A DNA stretch of 64,000 nt from Bacilli bacterium (GTDB taxonomy: Bacteria; Bacillota_I; Bacilli_A; RF39; UBA660): positions 20,304-84,303 of the forward strand of contig JAFTRC010000048.1 of the NCBI GenBank assembly GCA_017462455.1, given 5' to 3'. Position numbers and translations under genes: made by a program. Shown here piece by piece: positions 10,139-18,677 of the stretch (position 1 is its first letter; every line of letters starts with the position of its first letter). The notes under the pieces were generated by a model. The model was not told the origin of the DNA. It did no database searches and worked only from the letters and a program-made list of their open reading frames with translations.

Positions 10139-10666
10139 ATGTTTTCAAAAGAAGTTTATAAAAAACAAAATGGATCGTTGTTTGTAATTTTATCATTAAT
10201 TACATCTTTACTATTTTTATTATTAATTGTAATAATAGTTATGCCTGGTCAGATTACATATCCAACTTTTTTAGAAAAATTTGCTGATTTCTTAAGTATG
10301 TTTATTGGCTGTTTGTGTGTAGTTGGATTCGTTGGTTTTCCATTATCATTATGTTTATATAAAGGTATGAAAAATTTATATGTTAATAGTAAATTAGGCA
10401 TAGATGATAATAAAGTTTATTATATTCAACAGACAGAAGCAGTTTGGACTATATTTGGAAGAAGTACTGAATATAAAACTTATAATGTAATAGATATAAA
10501 GAGTTTCAATATTTCTAAAAGGTGGATAAAAATATATGGGAATATTGAAAAAGAAACAATATATAATAAAAGAAAATCTGGCAAAGAAAATGTGGAAGTA
10601 GTAAAAATCGCTCGTGCATTTGATACTGACGAAAAAATTATAAATTTTTTAAATAAAAATAAATAA
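10139..10666 (+). CDS. Membrane protein with a possible bacterial PH-like C-terminal domain
   Basis: RBS TAGGAGTGA; two N-terminal TM helices. Confidence 0.45.
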   Translation: MFSKEVYKKQNGSLFVILSLITSLLFLLLIVIIVMPGQITYPTFLEKFADFLSMFIGCLCVVGFVGFPLSLCLYKGMKNLYVNSKLGIDDNKVYYIQQTEAVWTIFGRSTEYKTYNVIDIKSFNISKRWIKIYGNIEKETIYNKRKSGKENVEVVKIARAFDTDEKIINFLNKNK

Positions 10667-10680
10667 CAGGAGGCTAGTTT

Positions 10681-11451
10681 ATGAAGATATTCATGTATGA
10701 TGAAAATGAAGCAAAAAAAAATAAATGCGATTATAAATTGCCACCAGTTGTATATTTTATGATTTATTTATCAATTCTTATTGTTTTTCTATTTTTTAAT
10801 ATATTTTCTTTCATCTTTATCAATTCGCAAGTATTAGTAATTTTGTTTTGGATAGTGTGGGTTGTATATATGGTTTTAGGAATGATTAAATTTATAAAAT
10901 CATTAAAAAGAAATTATTGGGGTAAACAAATTGCTTTTATAAAAGAAGATGATACTTTTTGGGCAGTTAAATTAGTTTATTTAAATGATTCATATTTTAC
11001 TATCAATTCATCAGATCCAGTTATGACAGGTCTAACATTAGGATTATCGGTTAATTCTGCAATTAATGTTCAAAAACAAGAAAAAATTATGAATGAAAAG
11101 AAAAAAGAAGCATCAAGTTATGTGAAAGCATTACAAGAGACGAAAGAAGAGTTGGAATATTTAAAACAACCTAATATTTCAAAAGACAAGATAATGATAA
11201 CAAAAGATTTAGATAAAAACTTTGAATTAATTTTTAACGGAAACAAAGCAATCATAAGATTAGATGATATTAAGTTTGAAAGAGAAACAACAGATTCTAA
11301 TATTTATAGTTATAAGAATTATAAAGGTAAGACTGTAGAATTTGAAGTAATTAAAGCATATTATCAATTAAAAGAAGAAATAAACAATACTAATATTAAA
11401 TCTTATGATAAACCATTTATAGAAGAAGAAATATTAAAAGTTCTTAAATAG
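10681..11451 (+). CDS. Hypothetical membrane protein (2 N-terminal TM)
   Basis: RBS CAGGAGG; last gene of the array, followed by an intrinsic terminator. Confidence 0.5.
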   Translation: MKIFMYDENEAKKNKCDYKLPPVVYFMIYLSILIVFLFFNIFSFIFINSQVLVILFWIVWVVYMVLGMIKFIKSLKRNYWGKQIAFIKEDDTFWAVKLVYLNDSYFTINSSDPVMTGLTLGLSVNSAINVQKQEKIMNEKKKEASSYVKALQETKEELEYLKQPNISKDKIMITKDLDKNFELIFNGNKAIIRLDDIKFERETTDSNIYSYKNYKGKTVEFEVIKAYYQLKEEINNTNIKSYDKPFIEEEILKVLK

Positions 11452-11455
11452 TAAA

Positions 11456-11492
11456 ACCTAGTAGAAATCTACTAGGTATTTTTTTTATGCAA
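11456..11492 (+). terminator. Rho-independent terminator of the 5571-11451 array
   Basis: Hairpin CCTAGTAGA-aat-CTACTAGG followed by a run of T. Confidence 0.7.
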
Positions 11493-11527
11493 TAAAAAAC
11501 CAACTTCTTATAGAAGTTGGGTACAAC
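11493..11527 (-). terminator. Rho-independent terminator of the minus-strand XRE gene
   Basis: Perfect 9-bp stem CCAACTTCT/AGAAGTTGG preceded on the + strand by A6, which is a T-run on the minus strand. Confidence 0.6.
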
Positions 11528-11667
11528 ATCAGTTGAACTTCAGTTATTACTAACTCACTTTAGTTACTACCAACTGATAAATTAATTATAAATTATTTTT
11601 TGATTTTTTGCAATATCAAATCGACAATTCATGACATATTTCGTTCGACAAAGTTCGACAAAATATT

Positions 11668-12102
11668 CTAATCAATTTTACCACATAACCAATCAATAGA
11701 TACTTTATAATGTTTTGCAAAAGCAATTATAAATACGGTTAAAATTGTGTTTTTACCAAGTTCATATTTAGAATATGGCGATTGAGTTGTACCAATTATT
11801 CTTGCAACATCTTCTTGAGAATCTCCTGCTTTTATTCTAGTATCTTTTAATCTTTGACCTAGAATTGTTAAATCTATATCTTTATTAGTAAAATTATATG
11901 TTTTAACATTTGTTAGTCCTGCTATATAATCCATACTAACTTTTAATAAATTACAAGTATCATTAAATTTTAATAATGGTATACTATCAATACCATTTTC
12001 CCAACCAGCATAAGTTGATCTGCCGACATTTAAATTATTAGCCATATTAGATTGAGTTAACTCTAAATCTTCTCTAGCTTCTTTTAATCTTTCTAAGTCC
12101 AT
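11668..12102 (-). CDS. XRE-family regulator with two tandem HTH domains, paralog of 5041..5484
   Basis: Start refined to ATG (MDLERL…) with RBS GAGGTG. Two HTH_XRE-like segments. Divergent from 12152. Confidence 0.7.
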   Translation of the reverse strand: MDLERLKEAREDLELTQSNMANNLNVGRSTYAGWENGIDSIPLLKFNDTCNLLKVSMDYIAGLTNVKTYNFTNKDIDLTILGQRLKDTRIKAGDSQEDVARIIGTTQSPYSKYELGKNTILTVFIIAFAKHYKVSIDWLCGKID

Positions 12103-12151
12103 GTTACACCTCAATTATAATTTTCCCATTAAATGAATAAATATTTCAAAA

Positions 12152-12433
12152 ATGTCGGGTAATAAACTAAAAGTGTGGTATAATTTAATTAGGGAGGTGA
12201 TTAGTGAAATGCTAATTTTCAAAAAGACTATTGCTAGTATTCTTTCATTATTAATTTGTGTTTTATTTTTATACGTTATAACTGATGTTGGTTACTGGAC
12301 TTATCCGATGATAACAACAGGTATACCTTATAATATAGGTAGTGTAATTGTTTGTATCTTTATACCTATATTTGTATTTATTGGATCGTTTGAAGAATAC
12401 GAAGAAAGTAATATTAAAATAATTTACAATTAA
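12152..12433 (+). CDS. Small membrane protein
   Basis: Two TM helices; RBS GGGAGGTGA overlaps the ORF start, so the true start may be the internal Met (…VISEMLIF). Confidence 0.4.
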   Translation: MSGNKLKVWYNLIREVISEMLIFKKTIASILSLLICVLFLYVITDVGYWTYPMITTGIPYNIGSVIVCIFIPIFVFIGSFEEYEESNIKIIYN

Positions 12434-12505
12434 ATAGGACTTATAGTTTACTAATTTTGTAATAAAATATATAATATATATAATTAAAACTTGGGAGTGA
12501 AATTT

Positions 12506-12910
12506 ATGAAATCCATTAGAGATAAATTAGAGATTATAAAAGAGTTATGCACTCCTTTATTTTCTGACAATACTAAATTTGATATTTCATCTGAAAAGAA
12601 GAATTATGAAAAGGAAGAAACCTTGTTAAAAAGTGATACTAAATCATATAATTTTGAAGGCGGTAGTATAAACTTATATTTATTCTTATTAAAATATCCT
12701 AAAGATGTTGTAATAACTTATGATGAATATGATAGTTTAATGATTCTAGTAGTAGATATAGACAATGAACAACGAGTATATACAAATCTTTTATCTAAAA
12801 AGAGCAAAGATGTTATGAAACTACTACCTAGACATTACGAACTTAAAAAAATGCTAGAAGATAGCAGTATGTCAGAAATGCTGGACTATATTATAGATAA
12901 TGTACGATAA
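12506..12910 (+). CDS. Hypothetical protein
   Basis: Start refined to ATG 12506 (RBS GGGAGTGA, spacer 5). Confidence 0.5.
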   Translation: MKSIRDKLEIIKELCTPLFSDNTKFDISSEKKNYEKEETLLKSDTKSYNFEGGSINLYLFLLKYPKDVVITYDEYDSLMILVVDIDNEQRVYTNLLSKKSKDVMKLLPRHYELKKMLEDSSMSEMLDYIIDNVR

Positions 12911-12976
12911 AATGGCAAATTAGGTCAAAAATCCAAAATGAGTCCAAATTGAGGCAAAATTGAGCCAACTATGTTA

Positions 12977-13004
12977 TTGAAATGTTTTTGTCAAGTGATA
13001 TAAT
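12977..13004 (+). promoter_or_regulatory. Strong sigma-A-type promoter TTGAAA-N16-TGaTATAAT; conserved copy 1
   Basis: -35 TTGAAA 12977-12982, extended -10 TGATATAAT ending 13004. The ~45-bp block is nearly identical to 59941-59990. Three CAAAAT(T)GAG direct repeats lie just upstream (12930-12965). Confidence 0.6.
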
Positions 13005-13143
13005 ATAGTAAACTTGAGAAAAAAGACAGAAAATGAAAAAAAACTATTGATTTAATTTTTTTCTTAGTTTATAATAAATAACAATTTATTATTAGTTCTT
13101 GGTGCTTGTCCACTAAAGAACAAAAAAATATTTTTGTAATTAG

Positions 13144-13187
13144 AAGAGCAGTACCATTCTAACGGATTTTCTTGCTCTTCTTTTTTT
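13144..13187 (+). terminator. Intrinsic terminator inside the long 5' leader
   Basis: Stem GAAGAGCA…TGCTCTTC followed by T7. Confidence 0.55.
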
Positions 13188-13366
13188 AAAGGCAGGTGGT
13201 CTTATGAATGTAATGTCATTACATTTCAACAAATACAACTTACTGGTTTATGCAGAGAGTGGCAACTCGCCAATGTCTTTTAACGACGTTATTAATTTTG
13301 AAAAAGAGAAGTCTAGGGCTTAATATCCCCTAAATTTCTCTTTTTTTCGTAGTGAGGAGGGTTTTT

Positions 13367-13864
13367 ATGGAAAAGGTAGAACTATTTAAAGAAGAAAACA
13401 ACATTACTGAAGAAAGTTATATGATCGAAAAAGTAACATGGGAAAAATATGATATGGTTAAAACAACTAGCGAAGTAAAGAGTTTTATTAGAGAATATAA
13501 AGAGAAGAAATCAATTTGTATTCAAGCAAACGCTCTTGAGTCTAGTGGTTTAACTACCAATTTAGATATTAATAAAATATTTTCTCCTGTTCGATCAAAT
13601 AATGGCGGATTTGCTGATTCAGTAAATGAAAGAATTGATGCCGATAGATTTGTAAAGTTCTATAAACCTATATTAGAAGATTTATTTAAAACCTTTACTC
13701 GTAAAGAAAAAGTGTATTATGATTATTGCTTATTAAATAATTACTCTGAAGAATTTACGAGAAGAATATTAAATGGTCTATCTAAAAATGGTTTACAACC
13801 TATTAAAAACTCTTGTATTTTAAAAATTGCTCTTGCTATAAGTAGAGCTGTGAAAAAAGGATAA
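13367..13864 (+). CDS. Hypothetical regulatory protein; possible C-terminal HTH
   Basis: Start refined to ATG 13367 after RBS GAGGAGGG. First gene after conserved promoter/leader copy 1. Confidence 0.5.
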   Translation: MEKVELFKEENNITEESYMIEKVTWEKYDMVKTTSEVKSFIREYKEKKSICIQANALESSGLTTNLDINKIFSPVRSNNGGFADSVNERIDADRFVKFYKPILEDLFKTFTRKEKVYYDYCLLNNYSEEFTRRILNGLSKNGLQPIKNSCILKIALAISRAVKKG

Positions 13865-13943
13865 AGATTGGTAATGAAGATTACCAATTTTTTTATTAAA
13901 GGAGGTGGTTAATATGGTTTATTAAAAATTGTTTCCAAAAGCA

Positions 13944-13980
13944 TTGACAAAACCTATTTTTTAAGCGATTAATATTATAG
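13944..13980 (+). promoter_or_regulatory. Conserved element promoter motif, copy 1 (TTGACAAA-N8-TTTTTTAAGCGATTAATATTA)
   Basis: The same 30-35 bp block recurs at 46185 and 63166, each time ~80-150 bp upstream of an operon. Spacing is non-canonical for sigma-A. Confidence 0.5.
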
Positions 13981-14047
13981 ATTAAATATCTTATAATTTG
14001 TGCTTTTTATCGCTTTTAAGAGTAGTAATGAAGGGAGGCAATCAACT

Positions 14048-14695
14048 ATGAGCAAGAAAAAAATATGTTTGTTATTGGCTTTAATTTTAGTTGTGATACC
14101 ATTAGTATTTTGCATAATATTATTTAATCCGTTTAAGTCAATGAAAGAAGAAACAATTAAAAGTTCAAGTCCACAGGAAAATACAGAAACTTTGAATACA
14201 AAAAAAGAAGAAGTAATGATAGAAGATGTTCCTGTTATGGAAGAAGAAATAGTACAAGAAGAACAACAAGTAGAAGAAAAGAAAGAAGTAAAAAAAGAAG
14301 AGAAAAAAGAAACTAATAAAAACTCTCAATCAACTTCTAAAAAAGAAAATAATTCTGACACCACAAAAGAAAATGAACAACAAACTACCATTAAGGAAAA
14401 TAATGATAAACCTGTTGAACAAGAAAAAATTGAAAAAGAAGAAACAACTGAACAAGATAATTCTACTACAGACATTGTTGATGAAGTTGTTGAAAACAAA
14501 AAAGATGATGCATATGAAACTTTACTATCACAAGTACAATATGCTACTTATGAAGAATGTATGGAAATTGGATTTGATGAAGCAATTAAGGATCCAGTTG
14601 GAATATTAGGATTTAGTTGTCCGTATATTGCATATAAAGGTAAAGTTATAGGGTATAGATTAAAGTTAGATTATACAAACCCTATGGAAAATTAA
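14048..14695 (+). CDS. Membrane-anchored protein with acidic/lysine-rich linker
   Basis: Start refined to ATG 14048 (RBS GGGAGG). TM helix, E/K-rich low-complexity region, conserved C-terminal domain. Shares the peptide VPVMEEEIVQEEQQVEEKKE with the sortase. Confidence 0.55.
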   Translation: MSKKKICLLLALILVVIPLVFCIILFNPFKSMKEETIKSSSPQENTETLNTKKEEVMIEDVPVMEEEIVQEEQQVEEKKEVKKEEKKETNKNSQSTSKKENNSDTTKENEQQTTIKENNDKPVEQEKIEKEETTEQDNSTTDIVDEVVENKKDDAYETLLSQVQYATYEECMEIGFDEAIKDPVGILGFSCPYIAYKGKVIGYRLKLDYTNPMEN

Positions 14696-14756
14696 GATTA
14701 ACATTAAGCAACATTGAGTTGCTTTTTTTTATGAGAAAATTGAAAGGAATGATAAA

Positions 14757-17700
14757 GTGAAAAAGAAAAAAATTATTAAACTATTGGCGATTGCTTTTGC
14801 TAGTATAATAAGTATTTTAGGTATTACAAAAGTAAACGCTCAAATGTATTATGAAACATTGGTAGATACAAAACAAGATGGTATTTATTATACTCGTAGA
14901 GGTGGAGGAAAACCTTATTTGTCTGCACAATATAGTACTTATACAATGAATGGAAAAGTAGTTTATTGTATTGAGCCAGGAGTTGATATAACAATTAATG
15001 ATTATACTGGTGCAGATGGATTTATTAATTCACCTTATGATGATGCAACAAATAAAAAGATAGAGTTAATTGGACATTATGGTTATGATTATCCTGGTCA
15101 TCAAACATTGCGATATAGAATGGCAGCTCAATCTTTGATATGGGAAACCACAGGAGGACAGATTATAGAGTTCTGGACTGAAAGATATGGTAATGGTGAT
15201 TTTATTAATCTAAATTACGAAAGAAATGAGATTATGAAATTAGTAAATGCTCATTACAACAAACCAAGTTTTAATGGTAGTTCAATGGAAGTTGTTGTTG
15301 GTAAAGAATATAAAATAACTGATACAAATGGATTAATGAATGAGTATGCTTTGTATAAAGCAGAAGGACTAGATGTTAGAATTAGTGGTAATGATATTTA
15401 CTTTACACCTAAAGCAACTGGAAATTTAAGTTTAAGTGTTGCAAGAAAACATTATGATAATCATACTACAATAGTATTTAAAGGGAATGATGAATTATCA
15501 CAAAAAATGGGATATTTTAGATTTTCAGATCCAGTAGTCGCAACATTAAATCTTAATGTAATTGGTGGAAAAATAAAAATAACAAAAGTAGATAGTGAAA
15601 CTAATACAACTAATCCACAGGGACAAGCAACTTTAGTTGGTGCTAAATATAATGTCATTGATTCTAGTGGTAAAGTTGTTGACACTTTAACTATTGGAAG
15701 TGATAGTACTGCTATAACAGGACACATGCCACTAGGAACTTATACTATCAAAGAGGTATCACCATCAACTGGTTATTACTTAAATAATACAACTTATACT
15801 GCGACAGTTAATTCAAGCGATACGGTTAATATTACTGTTAAGGAAGATGTAATAAAAAACTATATTAGCATTTTAAAGCAATACGATTACGTTAATGGTA
15901 ATACTACATTCTTAAATGCTGAAGCAAATATTACTTTTGAGATATTTTATCCAGATGGATCAAAATATGGTGAAATAAAAACTGATAAAAATGGTTATGC
16001 AACATTGAATATTCCTTATGGAGTATGGAAATTTCATCAAGTAAATACAACTACTGGTTTTGAAAAAATATATGATTTTTATATTACTGTGGACGAAAAT
16101 AGTGAAAAAGAGCAATATTATAATATTTTAAATAATAAAATATCTGCTTATGTTAGAGTTGTAAAAAAAGATAGTGAAACAGGCAAGACTATTGCTATAC
16201 CAAATGTAAAATTCAAAATACAAAATACTGATACTAAACAATATGTATCTCAATATGTTGGCGGTAAAGTTTATGATAGTTTTATGACTGATGAAAATGG
16301 AGTGTTTACAACTTATTTACCTATGGAAGCAGGAAACTATAAATTAGTAGAAATTGAAAGTCCAAAAGGTTACTTACTTTCTAAAGATGGAGTAGAATTT
16401 ACTATTGGGGAAAATACTGAATACAATTATACAACTTATGGTGCAATTGTAGTTGTAGAGTTTGATAATACTCCAATTAAAGGGCAAGTTGAAATATTTA
16501 AAAATGGCGAAAAGTTTGTTGTAGAAGATGGAACTTTCAGTTATAAAGATATTTCATTAAAAGGAATTAAGTTTAATATTTATGCAGATGAAGATATTAA
16601 ATCAGCTGACGGAAATTATTTATATTATAACAAAGGTGATTTAGTACAAACTATAATAACTGATGAAAACGGCTATGCAAAAAGCAAATCAATGCCACTA
16701 GGAAAATTCTATCTTGTAGAGGTAGAAACAAAAGACAATTATGTATTAGATACTAAAGAATATCATTTTGAACTTACACAAAAAGATAATAAAACTGCTA
16801 TTGTATATAATACTTATAAAGCATATAACTATTTGAAAAAAGGAACACTAGAATTTACTAAAAATGATTTTAGTACTAGTGATCCAATACCAAATGTGGA
16901 ATTTGAAATTTATACAGATAAAGATGAATTAATCTATTCAGGTAAGACTGATGAAAATGGAAAAATCATTATTGAGGAAATCGCCGTAGGAAAATTCTAT
17001 ATCGTAGAGAAAAATCCTGCCGAGGGGTATGTTTCTAATGATGAAAAAGTATATTTTGAAATCAAAGAAGATGGCGAAATAGTAAAAGCAGAAATGACTA
17101 ATAAAAAAATAACATCTACATTAAAAATAACAAAAGTAGATGAAGAAGAAAAATTATTATCTGGAGTTAAGTTTGGTATTTATGATTTAGAAGATAATTT
17201 AATTGAAGAAGTAATTACTAACGAAGAAGGTTTAATTGAAATTGAATTGGAATATGGAAAGTATTATTTCAAAGAAATTTCTACATTGGAACAATATGTT
17301 ATCAGTGATAAAAAAATATATTTTGAAGTTAAAGAAAATGGTGCAATTATAGAAGAAAAAGTAGTTAATGAGTTTGTAGAGGGAACATTAGAGTTTACAA
17401 AAACTGATTTAATTACAGGAGATGTAATACCTAACACATTAATAGAAATATATACTGAAGATGATGAATTAATTTTCTCTGGTAAGACTGATGAGAATGG
17501 AAAGATCGTTGTTGAAGAATTAAGATATGGAAAATTTTACATCATTGAAAAAGAAGCTGAAACAGGGTTTGTTATTACTGATGAAAAAGTATATTTTGAA
17601 ATCAAAGAAGATGGCGAAATAGTAAAAGCAGAAATGACAAATAGACCTATTCTTGGAACACTAGAATTTACTAAAATAGATATATCTACTAGTGAGCCAT

Positions 17701-18047
17701 TACCAAATACTTTGATAGAAATCTATAATGAAAATGATGAATTAATTTTCACTGGTAAGACTGATGAAAATGGAATGATTATTATAGAAGAATTAAGATA
17801 TGGAAAATTCTATATCATTGAAAAGGAAGCGCCAGAGGGCTATATTTTAAATGAAGAAAAAATGTTCTTTGAAATCAAAGAAGATGGCGAAATAGTTAAA
17901 GCAACTATGGTTAATGAAAAAGTTGTTATAGAAGTACCTAATACTGGACTAAATGATTATCATATTTACGAAATTATTTCAGGAGTATTAGTTTTAAGTG
18001 GACTAGGGGTAATTATTTATGCAAAAAAGAAAAGAAAAAAACAATAA
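14757..18047 (+). CDS. Cell-wall-anchored surface adhesin with tandem Cna-B-type repeats and an LPXTG-like sorting signal
   Basis: Signal peptide; four ~90-aa repeats (TLEFTK.D..T…P…IEIY…GKTDENG…KFYI.E…GY); C-terminal VPNTG, then a hydrophobic segment and KKKRKKQ tail. Confidence 0.8.
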   Translation: MKKKKIIKLLAIAFASIISILGITKVNAQMYYETLVDTKQDGIYYTRRGGGKPYLSAQYSTYTMNGKVVYCIEPGVDITINDYTGADGFINSPYDDATNKKIELIGHYGYDYPGHQTLRYRMAAQSLIWETTGGQIIEFWTERYGNGDFINLNYERNEIMKLVNAHYNKPSFNGSSMEVVVGKEYKITDTNGLMNEYALYKAEGLDVRISGNDIYFTPKATGNLSLSVARKHYDNHTTIVFKGNDELSQKMGYFRFSDPVVATLNLNVIGGKIKITKVDSETNTTNPQGQATLVGAKYNVIDSSGKVVDTLTIGSDSTAITGHMPLGTYTIKEVSPSTGYYLNNTTYTATVNSSDTVNITVKEDVIKNYISILKQYDYVNGNTTFLNAEANITFEIFYPDGSKYGEIKTDKNGYATLNIPYGVWKFHQVNTTTGFEKIYDFYITVDENSEKEQYYNILNNKISAYVRVVKKDSETGKTIAIPNVKFKIQNTDTKQYVSQYVGGKVYDSFMTDENGVFTTYLPMEAGNYKLVEIESPKGYLLSKDGVEFTIGENTEYNYTTYGAIVVVEFDNTPIKGQVEIFKNGEKFVVEDGTFSYKDISLKGIKFNIYADEDIKSADGNYLYYNKGDLVQTIITDENGYAKSKSMPLGKFYLVEVETKDNYVLDTKEYHFELTQKDNKTAIVYNTYKAYNYLKKGTLEFTKNDFSTSDPIPNVEFEIYTDKDELIYSGKTDENGKIIIEEIAVGKFYIVEKNPAEGYVSNDEKVYFEIKEDGEIVKAEMTNKKITSTLKITKVDEEEKLLSGVKFGIYDLEDNLIEEVITNEEGLIEIELEYGKYYFKEISTLEQYVISDKKIYFEVKENGAIIEEKVVNEFVEGTLEFTKTDLITGDVIPNTLIEIYTEDDELIFSGKTDENGKIVVEELRYGKFYIIEKEAETGFVITDEKVYFEIKEDGEIVKAEMTNRPILGTLEFTKIDISTSEPLPNTLIEIYNENDELIFTGKTDENGMIIIEELRYGKFYIIEKEAPEGYILNEEKMFFEIKEDGEIVKATMVNEKVVIEVPNTGLNDYHIYEIISGVLVLSGLGVIIYAKKKRKKQ
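16840..17900 (+). repeat. Four tandem ~270-bp coding repeats (Cna-B-like domains) inside the adhesin gene
   Basis: A 58-bp exact repeat at ~17041 and ~17581 and a diverged copy at ~17860. Confidence 0.7.
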
Positions 18048-18669
18048 GAGTCAACTAATTAAAGTTGGCTCTTTTTTGATCTTACTAGGTATGAGTGTTA
18101 TTAGTATTAACTTAATTATTAACTTTATAAATATTCAAAATGAAAAGAACTTGATAAAGGAATATTATGAAAATGAAGAATATATTGTTGATGTTCCTGT
18201 TATGGAAGAAGAAATAGTCCAAGAGGAACAACAAGTAGAAGAAAAGAAAGAAGATAAGAAAGTTGAGATTAATTATATTGCAGTAATTAAAATACCTAAA
18301 ATTGGTTTAGAAAAAGGATTAGCAAGTAAAGATAGTTACTATAACAATGTTAATAGAAACATTCAGATTTTAACTGAATCAGATATGCCTGATAAAGAAA
18401 AAGGGAATGTAATACTTGCAAGTCATAGTGGTAATAGTAGTGTATCTTATTTTCATAAATTAAATAAACTTGAATATAATGATAGCGTAATTATTTCTTA
18501 TAAAGGTAGAGATTATGTATATCGTATGGTTAATTCTTATGAAATAGAGAAAAATGGATATGCTCATATTTTGAGAAATGCAGAAAAAACGACTCTAACT
18601 TTGATTACTTGTAAGCATAATAGTAATAAGCAATTAATTGTTATTTGCGAGTTAATAGAAGAAAGGTAG
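18019..18669 (+). CDS. Sortase (class B/C-like)
   Basis: N-terminal TM; catalytic His region ILASHSG and TLITC (TLxTC) active-site motif. Overlaps the adhesin 3' end. Confidence 0.75.
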   Translation: MQKRKEKNNKSQLIKVGSFLILLGMSVISINLIINFINIQNEKNLIKEYYENEEYIVDVPVMEEEIVQEEQQVEEKKEDKKVEINYIAVIKIPKIGLEKGLASKDSYYNNVNRNIQILTESDMPDKEKGNVILASHSGNSSVSYFHKLNKLEYNDSVIISYKGRDYVYRMVNSYEIEKNGYAHILRNAEKTTLTLITCKHNSNKQLIVICELIEER

Positions 18670-18677
18670 GATAGATT

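Noticed and set aside
14373-14609. 78-aa ORF in another frame within 14048..14695
   Set aside because: K/L-rich alternate-frame artefact of the lysine/glutamate-rich coding region; no RBS.
16840-17900. Regular ~270-bp repeats that could be mistaken for a CRISPR-like array
   Set aside because: The repeats are in-frame protein-coding Cna-B-type domains of a single 1096-aa ORF. No short direct repeats with unique spacers occur anywhere in the window.
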